Below are positions 37,641 through 49,180 of a DNA stretch of 49,180 nucleotides, one piece after another. The translations under genes were made by a program, and so were the position numbers. The DNA comes from Octopus sinensis (taxonomy: Eukaryota). Numbering within the stretch: the stretch's first letter is position 1; each line of letters opens with the position of its first letter. The notes beneath the pieces were generated by a model that did not search any database, was not told the DNA's origin, and saw only the letters and a program-made list of their open reading frames with translations. Where the stretch lies: assembly GCF_006345805.1 (NCBI RefSeq), contig NW_021834369.1:1-49180 (forward strand), written 5' to 3'.

Positions 37641-38145
37641 ATAATGTAATATTTTGAATTCGCCTTAAATGGTCCTTTTACATACTGAACACTTGGTGAA
37701 ATTGATTAATTAATTTTACCCTCAATTGTTGATATATAATATATATATATATATATAAATTAAATTAGAGATAAAACCACTATTAGGCAACTCAAACATT
37801 GATAGACATAAACCAAAACTTAAAAAACAAAAAATAAATGTAATTAATATAATATGTATATATATATAAAATATAAAATTTAAATTATTAAAATTTTAAA
37901 TTTTTTAATTTTTTAATTTAAAATTTTTTTAATTATTAAATTTTTAATTTCTAAACTTAAATTTTTTTTTTATATAACTAACCAAAAAGTATAAAAAAGT
38001 TAAATATAGTATATAATAATAATAATACTTATTATATATATATATATATTATATATATATAGATATGTATCTTTTTATGTATGTATGTGAATATATATAT
38101 ATATACACACATACACCACATATATATATATATTATATATATTAT

Positions 38146-38191
<46 letters not shown>

Positions 38192-38213
38192 ATGTTACAT
38201 TACTCGGTAGTCA

Positions 38214-38276
38214 AGATAAAACTCTGAGTTTCAGATGCCGAAGTGGAAATCCACAACACCATCTCTTCGGTTATCT
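38214..38276 (-). ncRNA. Second (inverted) copy of the variant hammerhead-like motif
   Basis: Reverse complement of 39328-39390, lying in the left PLE arm downstream of the GIY-YIG ORF in sense orientation. Confidence 0.5.
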
Positions 38277-39327
38277 GGCTATTTGAAAACGTTATGAAAA
38301 AATACCGTTAAAAATGAAGGAAATTACTCTGTTATAACTCTGCTTTGCCTGCGTACTTATACATCGCTCGCATTTTTCGTCATAAAAATTATATAAAAAT
38401 ACATAAAAATATATAAAATATATAAAAATATATAAAATCTTCTTGGGACATAACACAGAAAGCATGTTCTATCCGTTTTCTTTAGGGGACCAAAAACGTA
38501 AGAGAAATTTAGTCACATGTGGGCATGATCCGAAAAGCTCTGTCCTTGTATTTAGACATGTGGTAGGGTCTAAGCTGCTTTTCAGATAAGCCATCTCTCC
38601 ATGTCGCATAAACCGCACCTTCCGCTGCCGTTAGTGTAGGGCTTACATCTGGCCAAAATCTTCCATTGTATGTTATAATCGACACCTTTATCTCTTAAAG
38701 ACCAAATATGATTGGATAATGGTGTCGCTTTTCTTTTGTTCCAGTGCCTAAAGCTCAAAGCGTGGTTATTGAACCTGGCCTTGAAATTACCCTCTGTCAG
38801 GCCCACGTATTTCTTCGTCGAAACGGTGTCTTTATGGTTATAGAGTTTACGGTAGCTTCATATATGATGGTCTTGGACATGCAAGCTCCATTTAGCCGGC
38901 ACAATTCTTTATTCCTGCATGAACAGCTGTTTTCTTCTTGTGTTTTTTGTATGTTATGATTGATTATGTTTTTAAAATTGGTAGTTGAACTAAAACTAAT
39001 TTTTAAATTGTGTCTATTGAAGAGTTTCCTATAAGCATGGTTAACTGGAAAATGTCTATCTATCATTTTCGGATCATGCCCACATGTGACTAAATTTCTG
39101 TTACGTTTTTGGTCCCCTAAAGAAAACGGATAGAACATGCTTTCTGTGTTATGTCCCAAGAAGATTTTATATATTTTTATATATTTTTATATATTTTTAT
39201 GTATTTTTATATAATTTTTATGACGAAAAATGCGAGCGATGTATAAGTACGCAGGCAAAGCAGAGTTATAACAGAGTAATTTCCCTTCATTTTTAACGGT
39301 ATTTTTTCATAACGTTTTCAAATAGCC

Positions 39328-39390
39328 AGATAACCGAAGAGATGGTGTTGTGGATTTCCACTTCGGCATCTGAAACTCAGAGTTTTATCT
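39328..39390 (+). ncRNA. Variant hammerhead-like motif in PLE terminal repeat
   Basis: AGATAA-CCGAAGA-GATG...CATC-T-GAAAC-TCAGA-GTT-TTATCT. 6-bp stem I and palindromic ACTCAGAGT, but U4 is C and there is an extra T before GAAA. Confidence 0.5.
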
Positions 39391-40198
39391 TGACTACCGA
39401 GTAATGTAACATATTGTATAGATAAATTTCCTCTATTTACATAATATTGAGGTCTCTTTCTTTCTTTTGTTATCTTACCGTTTTATCAATATATATATAT
39501 ATGTGTGTATATATATATATTAATATATATATATGTATGTATTTATGGTAACTTCTATACTCTTTTATTCTTCTACTTGTTTCAGTCATTTGACTGAGCC
39601 CATGCTGGAGCACTATCTTGAAGGGTTTTACTCGAGCAAATCGACGCCAGGTTTTACTTCTTAAGCCCAGTACTTATTCTTTCGGTGTACTTATTCTGTC
39701 TGTGTCTTTTGCCGAACCGCTAATTTATATATATATGTATGATGGATTCTACCGTCGAAAATTACGTATGAGCATTAAGCATTTTGCCGGACGACCTACA
39801 CCACAAATGATTTGTTTATAGTGATCAAGTGTATGTACCGTGCATTAGCTCACCCTCCTCATCAAATCGACGTTGCCTGAACAAATGCAAGGTGTACCAC
39901 GCGTAAGATATCAACGTGATTGCAGACGAAGCGAGATGAAATGTTTTGCTCAAGAAGACAACGCCCCACCCGTTCTTGGAACTTAAACAACGGTATTTAG
40001 CAAAAATAGTATTGACAGTGATTTCGAAGTATCGGACAGCTAAGCAATCATCTGACAAGTCCGATGATAGCTTAGCTGGCCAAGCAAGAACTGTTAAAGA
40101 ATAACAATTTTGTGCTCTTGGAAAATTGCTTTTGTTACAACTTAAAAGTAATATTACTATTATATATATATATATATATATAGATATATATATATATA

Positions 40199-40613
40199 GG
40201 CACAGGAGTGGCTGTGTGGTAAGTAGCTTGCTTACCAACGACATGGTTCCGGGTTCATCCCCACTACGTGGCACCTCGAGCAATTGTCTTCTACTATAGC
40301 CTCGGGCCGACCAAAGCCTTGTGAGTAGACGGAAACTGAAAGAAGCCCGTCGTATATATGTGTATATATATATATGTATGTGTGTGTATGTTTGTGTGTG
40401 CGTGTGTGTGTGTGTTTGTCCCACCCCCAATATCGCTTGACACCCAATGGTGGTGTGTTTACTTCCCCGTAACTTAGCGGTTCGGCAAAAGAAACCGACT
40501 GAATAAGTACTAGGCTTACAAAGAATAAGCCCCGGGGTCAATTTGCTCGACTAAAGGCGGTGCTTCAGCATGGCCGCAGTCAAATGACTGAAACAAGTAA
40601 AAGAGTAAAAGAG
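40199..40613 (+). mobile_element. SINE family B
   Basis: Same structure as 21964-22412. Confidence 0.88.
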
Positions 40614-40658
40614 AGAGAATATGCATATATATGTGTATATATATGTGTATATATATAT

Positions 40659-40704
<46 letters not shown>

Positions 40705-41211
40705 TTGTATGGGTCCGTGTATGTACATATATATTCTAGTACGGCAATCACTCGCAACAGACGATGTCTTGGTAGCATATTCCAACTTCTGCTAATTGGT
40801 TTAATTTTCTATGTAGTCATGAATATATATAGATATAGACATTCTCTTAGATCTCCGCATACTTGATCCATTGAGATGGCCGGAGGAAGAGCAGTCTCCT
40901 TTCAGTTGAGTAAACAGGAACAACGTGAAATCAGTCAGCTGGTTTGTCAAAGTCGTGTCGTTTGCCATACGCCATCTCTCGTCAGCGACATGCTCGCGTT
41001 ACTTGATTGATCGGGCAATTAATCAAGCAATCGATTTAAATAGTTTGCTAAGGACGACAACGACGTTATCGACCACGACGACGGCAACGAAGATGGGGAG
41101 GAGGAGGAGTTAGAGAAGTATTAGAGTAGAATTTTGGCAAAATTTTCCTTTATCTGGTTCAATACGATTTCATATCAAGAGCTTGCAATGCAAATACTAT
41201 ATCTATCTATC

Positions 41212-41249
<38 letters not shown>

Positions 41250-41410
41250 AACATCGCTTGACAACCGATGCTGGTGTGTTTACGTCCCCGTAACTTAGCG
41301 GTTCGGCAAAAGAGACCGATAGAATAAGTACTAGGATAGAATAAGTTCTGGGGTCGATTTGTTCGACTAAAGGCGGTGCTCCAGCATGGAAACAAGTAAA
41401 CGAGTGAACG

Positions 41411-41454
<44 letters not shown>

Positions 41455-41519
41455 ATATACACACACAAATACATACATATATTGATGTTTATATATGTAT
41501 GTGTTTATATATATATATT

Positions 41520-41746
41520 TCTTTTCTACCCACAAGAGACTAAACACAGAGGGGACAAACAAGGACAGAAACACGGATTAAGTCGATTACATCGACCCCA
41601 GTGCGTAACTGGTACTTAATTTATCGACCCCGAAAGGATGAAAATCAAAGTCGACCTCGCTGGAATTTGAACTCAGAACGTAATTGCAGACGAAATACGG
41701 CTACGCATTTCGCCCGGCGTGCTAACGATTCTGCCAGCTCGCCGCC
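41520..41746 (-). mobile_element. SINE family A monomer
   Basis: Single module with head. Many older diverged family-A-like copies also occur at 6.8-7.3, 9.6-12.5, 14.3-15.2, 18.7-19.5 and 31.5 kb. Confidence 0.88.
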
Positions 41747-41959
41747 TTCATGTGTGTTTATATATAACTGAGCAAACGTTAAGGCAGGCAGACTTGTGGA
41801 AAGCAAGCAGAAGGATAAGCAATACGGTATACAGTTATACAGAGAGACAGACAAGCAGACTACTGAAAGTATACAGATGATCAGATAAACAGACGAACAA
41901 ACAGCCCCAACAGACAGGCATGTTTTATTGTATTCAAAGTCACAGACATACAAATAAAT

Positions 41960-42344
41960 GTGGAAGCACTCCGTCGGTTACGACGACGAGGGTTCCGGTT
42001 GATCCGAATCAACGGAACAGCTGCTCGTGAAATTAACGTGTAAGTGGCTGAGCACTCCACAGACACGTGTACCCTTAACGTAGTTCTCGGGGATATTCAG
42101 CGTGACACAGAGAGTGACAAGGCTGGCCCTTTGAAATACAGGTACAACAGAAACAGGAAGTAAGAGTGGGAGAAAGTTGTGGTGAAAGAATACAGCAGGG
42201 ATCACCACCTTCCCCTACAGGAGCCTCGTGGAGCTTTAGGTGTTTTCGCTCAATAAACACTCACAACGCCCGGTCTGGGAATCGAAACCGCGATCCTATG
42301 ACCGCGAGTCCGCTGCCCTAACCACTGGGCCATTGCGCCTCCAC
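41960..42344 (-). mobile_element. SINE family C with 10-bp TSD
   Basis: Near-identical reverse copy of 9175-9566. TSD ACAAATAAAT at 41950-59 and 42345-54. Confidence 0.93.
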
Positions 42345-43227
42345 ACAAATAAATACACACACAGATATTGAATGACTCTTTCACAGATGCAAAATCTCGC
42401 ACATAATTATAATTAATGCGGACCACTTAAAAACAACGTTACATCAATTGGTAAACGAAGGAGCCTCTACACGGTCACTCAATCTTCTAGAAATAGCAAC
42501 GAAAATTCTACCACAGTTTATGCTCTGCTGTCTTAAAAAAGAAAAATAAGCGTCGTTGGACTCTGCAGTCTTAGCTGTACAAAGAGATAAAAGTGTTACG
42601 AATGGAAGTAGAGCGCCTTTGATTATGACTATGGTCGATCAAAGCTGACCTGGGGTTAAACGAAAATAACAACAAGAAATGTTTCGCAGTGGTTATTTGG
42701 TGCAAACGATGTAAGAATATTTTTGTTCTGTTATATGTCTCTTTCGTTTTCTTCAGTTCTCTTTTCAATATTGATTCTGTAAAGAATCGAGAGCACTTTT
42801 TCTTTATCTTCTTTCTGTATGTTCGTTCACAGCTGGAAATACCTTTGATCACAAATGTGCTCGATCAGAACTGACCTGGGGTTGAATAATATCAAACATA
42901 ACAATAGCAACAACAGCAACAACTATTGTTATCATAACTGACCCAGCTCTGTATATAATCTCTTCTTTTAAATGAATCAAATAACTTAGTGATCCGAACA
43001 TTATCCCTGGCAGATTTCTGTAAAACATTCTCAACAAACTGCTTCTATCTACTTTCGTTCATTGATGCTACGATTCTCTTCCAGAATAAACGAAGATAGA
43101 AACTTCAGTTATAACAGAGACTAACAAGACAGGAAAAAACTTGGTTGCAGTGGTCTGAGCTATTACCTATATGTGGCCAGTAGCGTAGCTAATAGGGGAG
43201 CAAGGAGAGCGACCTCTCCTCCCGAAC

Positions 43228-43430
43228 ACTCTTTACTCTTTTACTCTTTTACTTGTTTCAGTCATTTGACTGCGGCCATGCTGGAGCACCGCCTTTAGTC
43301 GAGCAAATCGACCCCGGGACTTATTCTTTGTAAGCTCAGTACTTATTATATCGGTCTCTTTTGCCGAACCGCTAAGTGACAGGGACGTAAACACACCAGC
43401 ATCGGTTGTCAAGCAATGCTAGGGGGACAA

Positions 43431-43463
<33 letters not shown>

Positions 43464-43634
43464 CATATATACGACAGGCTTCTTTCAGTTTCCGTCTACC
43501 AAATCCACTCACAAGGCATTGGTCGGCCCGGGGCTATAGCAGAAGACACTTGCCCAAGATGCCACGCAGTGGGACTGAACCCGGAACCATGTGGTTGGTT
43601 AACAAGCTACTTACCATACAGCCACTCCTGCGCC
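43228..43634 (-). mobile_element. SINE family B
   Basis: Reverse copy. Confidence 0.88.
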
Positions 43635-44329
43635 ACTGTTTACAAAATTGACGCCTTTCCAACAAATTTTTTTTAACTCTTTAGTTTACTTGTGCGATAA
43701 ATGTCGAATCTCTATTCTTTTTAATCACATGGCCTTGGAAGAACTTTCGAGAGTCATTACTTACTTTGACTAACCTCCCGTGTTTTTGAACTGTCTACCC
43801 AATCTCCTGTGATGTGTCAGTGGCCACTGGCATCTGAAAGACCCTAACAAACCCTGACGTCATAACCCCTCGTACTGGACGATCCCGTAGTTTCATCTTT
43901 TTTAAGTCACACCAATATCAGTAATTACAAGTTTCATGCATAATGTCATTGTTAATGAAACATGGAGTTAATGAATTTAGAATACAATCACACTTATTAT
44001 AACTAATGAAATGTAGGCGCATGCGTGGCTGTGTAGTAAGTAGTTTGCTTAACAGCCACAAGGTCCTGGGTTCAGTCCCACTGTGTGCGTGCCCCGTCAC
44101 CAGTGTTGGTGTGTTTATGTCCCCGTAACTTAGCGATTCGGCGAAAGGGCCCGATGGAATGAATACCAGAGTTTAAAAAATCTAAGTCCTGAGGGTCGAT
44201 TTTTTCGACTAGAACCCTTCATGGCGGTGCCCCAGTATGGCCGCAGTAAAATGACAGAAACAAGTAAAAGATAAAAGACAATTGTTCAGCCTGTGCTCAA
44301 TAAATTACAGAAAGTTTCCGATTGCATGT

Positions 44330-45115
44330 TTACAGTTGTAGCATTTGTACGTGTGCAAATAATTCACCCTAACATTGTGATAGCTACAGGATTTAAGAAA
44401 TTTCTGGTCATGTTAGTGGTGTCTTTTGGGTTGTATGGCAGATTAAACCAGATTACTTTCCTCTTTCTGATTTCTTTGTCATTGGGAGAGATGTATGGAA
44501 GCACTCCGTCGGTTACGACGACGAGGGTTCCGGTTGATCCGAATCAACGGAACAGCCTGCTCGTGAAATTAACGTGTAAGTGGCCGAGCACTCCACAGAC
44601 ACGTGTACCCTTAACGTAGTTCTCGGGGATATTCAGTGTGACACAGAGAGTGACAAGGCCGGCCCTTTGAAATACAGGTACAACAGAAACAGAAAGTAAG
44701 AGTGAGAGAAAGTTGTGGTGAAAGAGTACAGCAGGGATCACCACCATCCCCTGCCGGAGCCTCGAGGAGCTTTAGGTGTTTTCGCTCAATAAACACTCAC
44801 AACACCCGGTCTGGGAATCGAAACCACGATCCTATGACCGCGAGTCCGCTGCCCTAACCACTGGGCCATTGCGCCTCCACTAATTGGGAGAGATGCGTCT
44901 TATGTAAATAGATTAGTTTCTCATTGACGCTTCATTATGATAGAAAGTTACTCTATTGAAGATATCCCTGTCTGGTGATAGATTACAGACCCATCTACTT
45001 ATGTTGGTACAAGTTTCTTAATTATGGCCAGCAAATAGTTAGAATATTTTTGGATTGTCGTCATTTGCCTATCTTTAAGTCAAGCGTTATGACTAGAAAG
45101 TTGGCTATCGTTAAA
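44330..45115 (-). mobile_element. Decayed Penelope-like RT C-terminal fragment, split by a SINE
   Basis: After removing the SINE at 44494-44882, the minus strand gives NFLVITLDLKIGK, SNYLLAIIKKL, LSPDRDIFNRVTFYHNEA and RKRKVIWFNLPY..TTN..RNFL. These match PLE NFLDVTL / SNHP / FN..YNEAL / RKRNIIWFNPP motifs, with stops and frameshifts. Confidence 0.72.
44494..44882 (-). mobile_element. SINE family C with 13-bp TSD
   Basis: TSD ATTGGGAGAGATG at 44481-93 and 44883-95. Interrupts the Penelope fragment. Confidence 0.93.
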
Positions 45116-45509
45116 ACATAAAAACAAACGAGATTGATGGACATTTAAGAGAAAGCTATGAAAGCCAAACAGATAAACATTGACAGCTAGATGAGCGAGT
45201 TCACAGACAAGCTGGCAGATGAGCAGAGGGTGAATAAACAAGCAGATGGGTTGGTATTTCGATAGCTAGGCATGCAAACGGGCAGGTTTGCGAATTGACG
45301 AAAGGATGAAGGAGGGATAGTAAAAACCAGATAGACTTTCATAAAGGGGAGGAATAGTAGTTCGTCTAGACAAGCAGATATACCGGACACTGTAGATATA
45401 TGTAGGCTGGCTTGGAGGCAGAAAATCTACCCGGAAAATTAAAAATGTAAATAGGTAGATAAACAGAGAAGCATGTTGAAGACAAACAATTGTGGACAAT
45501 CATACATAG

Positions 45510-45792
45510 ATCAGTGGTTAGAGCGTCGAGCTTACAATCGTGAGGTTGTGAGTTCGATTTCCGGACTGGGCTCTGTGTTGTGTTCTTGAGCAAGTCACTC
45601 TATTTCATGTTGCTCCAGTTCACTGTAGAAGTGAGGTGCCTTTCCCTTGGTTAACGTCGGTGGCGTGGAGAAGGAAGGCTGGCATGCATGGGCGACTACC
45701 GGTATTCCATATACAACCTTGCTCGGACTTGAGATTAGGAGAACTGTCTCGGGGCAATCCCATAGACATTCGTGACCGAAGGAGGTCTTTAC
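45510..45792 (+). mobile_element. SINE with family D head and a different tail
   Basis: Head and CORE-like part match family D to about 45625. An unrelated tail follows (..ggggcaatcccatagacattcgtgaccgaaggaggtctttac). Confidence 0.7.
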
Positions 45793-46180
45793 TTACTTCC
45801 CTACAGGTTGGTAGCAATCGGACAAATACGGCATACCTACACAAATGTATCACCTTGACTTTGTTTCCTCATAACTTTCAGATATTTTCTGCAAATACCT
45901 TTCAGATGGTGTAAATTCCGATTACTTTGAAATTAGTTGGGAACATTTTTTCGGATTTGGGAAGAGAAGAGCTTCGTAAAATTCATATGAGTTGATTTTG
46001 TTTCCTCATAACTTTAAGGAAAATGGGTATTTTTAATGAAATTTTATACAAATACTGTTCAGTTGATATGTATTACGATTATATCAGAATTTAATGTAAA
46101 AAGTTGCTGGGCGAGTACACATACATAGTAACACACATTCCTTAATTCTTCAAAATTTCCTATTTCATATATATATATAT

Positions 46181-46587
46181 CTTTACTCTTTTTTACTCTT
46201 TTACTTGTTTCAGTCATTTGACTGCGGCCATGCTGGAGCACCGCTTTAATCGAGGAACTCGACCCCGGGACTTATTCTTTTGTAAGCCCAGTACTTATTC
46301 TATCGGTCTCTTTTGCCGAACCGCGAAGTAACGGGGGACATAAACACACCAGCATCGGTTGTCAAGCAATGCTAGGGGGACAAACAGAGACACACAAACA
46401 CACACACACGCATATATATATATATACATATATACGACGGGCTTTTTTCAGTTTCCGTCTACCAAATCCACTCACAAGGCTTTGGTCGGCCCGAGGCTAT
46501 AGGAAGACGACTTGCCCAAGGTGCCACGCAGTGGGACTGATCCCGGAACCATGTGGTTGGTTAGCAAGCTACTTACCACACAGCCAC
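46181..46587 (-). mobile_element. SINE family B
   Basis: Reverse copy. Confidence 0.88.
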
Positions 46588-47388
46588 ATATCTATATATA
46601 TAGATATATATATATATATCTATATATATATATAAATAGATATATATCAAATAGAAAGATAGATATGCATATATACATACGTATATGTACATACTTACTT
46701 CTATACGTTTATATACATGCATACGCATATGTGGGCACAGGACGTCACGAAACGTGTACAACAAAAAAATACGAAGTATTAGTACATGGAATATGAACAA
46801 GTTTATCGAACAACGAAAGGCACAAATGGAAAACAAGACAAACAACATAATGAAAGACCCTTCATCGGTTGTTGGCTGTTTTTCTACTCTCGTATTTCGA
46901 GCATTTAACACCAATATACGATTTCGATAAAACAGTTGTTCCCGTAAAGCAAATTAAATAATATTTGGGATTTTGCGGAGGGTCAAAATTGATAACACAA
47001 AGAGGACAGTGAAAAAAAAACAGGAAGGGTTGCTAAGCCTAAACAAGGTTGTGGTGGCGAACGCATAAATCAAGCTTGGACAGGAGACAGATAAGAAGAC
47101 GTCTTCCTTGTTCCAGCTAGAAAGGAGAGAAAGAAAGAAACAAAAGTTTAGGGGAAGAGAGAAAGAAAAATGGCAAATGGTCATGTGGGAGCCACGTGAG
47201 CAAGGGAGGAGGAGGAATGGAGGGAGATAGAGTGACAGAGTAATAGAAAGAATAGTGGGAGAAGAGGAGGTTAAAGAATAAGAGAGAGAAAGAGAGTAAA
47301 ACGAAAGAGTAAAAAGATCGTATAGAGTGCGCATCAGAATTATTGAGATAAAACTTACTTGGAAGAGGATGCATGGCGTTCAATCATA

Positions 47389-47841
47389 TCTATATATATA
47401 AAACTGTAGTTGTGTGAGTGTCTGTCCCCTTCGATTTAGATTCCTAACTACTCCCACATCTGGGTATTAGCGCGCGTCTACGATGAGTCTACGATTTTAA
47501 AAATAATTTAACATCAATTTTTATTCTATTTTAATGCATAATTTTTCGTGTGTCGATGGCGGCGGAGTTGGCGTCCATGGTCACACCTGCACCTGTTTGC
47601 TTCTCCCCCTTCTTCCCTCCCTCGTGAAGCTGTGGGGAAGGGAGTGTAAGGAAATCAACGTCGTAAAGCGTTGTCAAGGAGACCAGCGTTCTTTTAGAAC
47701 AACGACTTCATGGCTTGAATACACCAAAACAGAAATGGCTAAGAAAGCCCGAATTGGCATCTATAAGGGAAGTAACTCTCTAAAAATGATTATATAGTTA
47801 TTTCCCTTACAAACCCGAGCAACGCCGGGCGATACTGCTAG
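47389..47841 (+). mobile_element. Complete non-autonomous Helitron
   Basis: A|TCTATATATATAAAA 5' end. 3' hairpin CCCGAGCAACGCCGGG followed by CTAG|T. Inserted between A and T with no TSD. Confidence 0.88.
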
Positions 47842-48628
47842 TAATAATATAAATAATATATATATACGTGTGAGGTGTGCAAGTGTGCATGAGTGCGAAC
47901 GTACCGATTAATTTTTAACATTAAATTCCGATATAATCGTTATCTACTCAATCTGAAAGGCATTTCTGGAAGGCATTTCTGGAGAGAAGACAAAATCGGT
48001 TCCTGTATATATAGTCGGAAGTTAACCAGATAGACTAGTGAATGGTAGACAGAGATGGATTGATAAACAGGCAGCTGGGCAGGTAGAAAGCCAGCCAACC
48101 TGATATGCAACGTGATGGGCAGGCAAATAGGATGACAGGTAAGTAATCAAGGAGGTATACAGTGAAAGGGACACAGAAGCCCTGAGAAATTGTAGATATT
48201 TCACGTAACACCGAAAACACCGTGGCTTTGAGAGAGATAGAGATAGAGATAGAGAGAGATAGAGATAGAGAGAGAAGGGGAAGAAGGGGAGAGAGAGAGA
48301 GAAGGGGTAAGAGGGGGAGAGAGAAGAGGGAAGAGGGAGAGTGTGAGAGAGAACGAGAGAGTAGAAGAGGAGAGAGAAAGAAGTAGACTAACAAAGAGAC
48401 AGATGGACAGAATGCGGAAGAGTGGCTTTAAAAAAATGGCGTAGGCAACAGGTAAATAACTAATTGATAAAGAGTTACAGCTTCTATCGATTAGTACATC
48501 CTGGCATACATACTACATTGTGATTTGTGTGTGTGTGTGCGCGCGTTTATTGTGTATGCGAGTAAATGAGTACGTGTGTAAGTGCATGTATACATATAAA
48601 TACTGATATACACATAAATACGTATAGA

Positions 48629-48660
<32 letters not shown>

Positions 48661-48693
48661 CGTAAACAAATACACACACACACGCACACTGAC

Positions 48694-48694
<1 letters not shown>

Positions 48695-48724
<30 letters not shown>

Positions 48725-48976
48725 TTTATGTATGTATGTATGTATTTATGTATGTATGTATGTATTTATGTATGTATGTATGTATTTATGTATGTATGTA
48801 TGTATGTATGTATGTATGTATGTATGTATGTATGTATATATGTATGTATGTATATATGTATGTATGTATTTATGTATGTATGTATTTATGTATGTATGTA
48901 TGCATTTATGTATGCGTGCTTGTGTGTATGTATGCATGCATGGCTGAATGTATGTATGTATGTGTGTATATGTGTA

Positions 48977-49009
<33 letters not shown>

Positions 49010-49015
49010 TTAAAC
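48695..49015. repeat. (TATG)n microsatellite with periodic TATTTATG variants
   Basis: Direct reading. Confidence 0.95.
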
Positions 49016-49180
49016 GTGTGCGTGTGTAAATATATTTTCTCATTCTTTGTCTCGCGCCTTCATCTCATTACCATTCCCTCTTCCTTACCTTCCTTCTTTA
49101 TTCTTTCTTTCTTTCTTTCTTTCTATCTCTATGTACCTTTGTGTATCTATGTGTATGTGTGTATACACACACACACACAC

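Larger units (their letters stand above)
38184..39490 (-). mobile_element. Penelope-like element (probably Neptune-type), 5'-truncated, with inverted copy of its 3' terminal repeat
   Basis: Minus-strand peptides IDRHFPVNH..KLFNRHNLKISFS, Cys linker CSCRNKELCRLNGAC, and GIY-YIG part GLTEGNFKARFNNH..SF...LSNHIWSL...IQWKIL..C.LC (frameshift near 38800). Arms 38184-38536 and 39066-39420 are near-perfect reverse complements. Confidence 0.9.

Noticed and set aside
46780-46960. Minus-strand GAAATAC..GTAG..CCGATGAAG resembling a permuted hammerhead
   Set aside because: No valid NUH triplet and no stem II can be formed. Probably a PLE-like remnant without a supportable ribozyme.

Overview
Eukaryotic, AT-rich, extremely repeat-dense window. 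The SINE families, microsatellite load and LINE types resemble an octopus (cephalopod) genome; this is inference, not a database result. It looks intergenic or like part of a very large intron. I recognise no intact host protein-coding gene, and most ORF-track entries are microsatellite or SINE read-throughs. Supported content: (1) dozens of tRNA-headed SINE copies from at least 4 head families, several with clean TSDs, some nested in other elements; (2) 5'-truncated LINE 3' ends of RTE, CR1 and probable R4/Dong type; (3) several Penelope-like element (PLE) remnants, two in fold-back arrangement; (4) mariner, pogo/Tigger-like and hAT MITEs and non-autonomous Helitrons. Best observations: PLE-associated type I hammerhead ribozyme motifs with palindromic minimal stem III (28882-28955 minus, 35545-35612 plus, and a variant pair at 38214-38276/39328-39390); five long fold-back structures within 31.9-39.4 kb; modular head/tail swapping among SINEs; and a TSD-flanked mini-LTR unit whose interior is pure microsatellite. 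A few plus-strand exon candidates are given at low confidence. Family labels A-F are my own working labels; boundaries of diverged copies are approximate.
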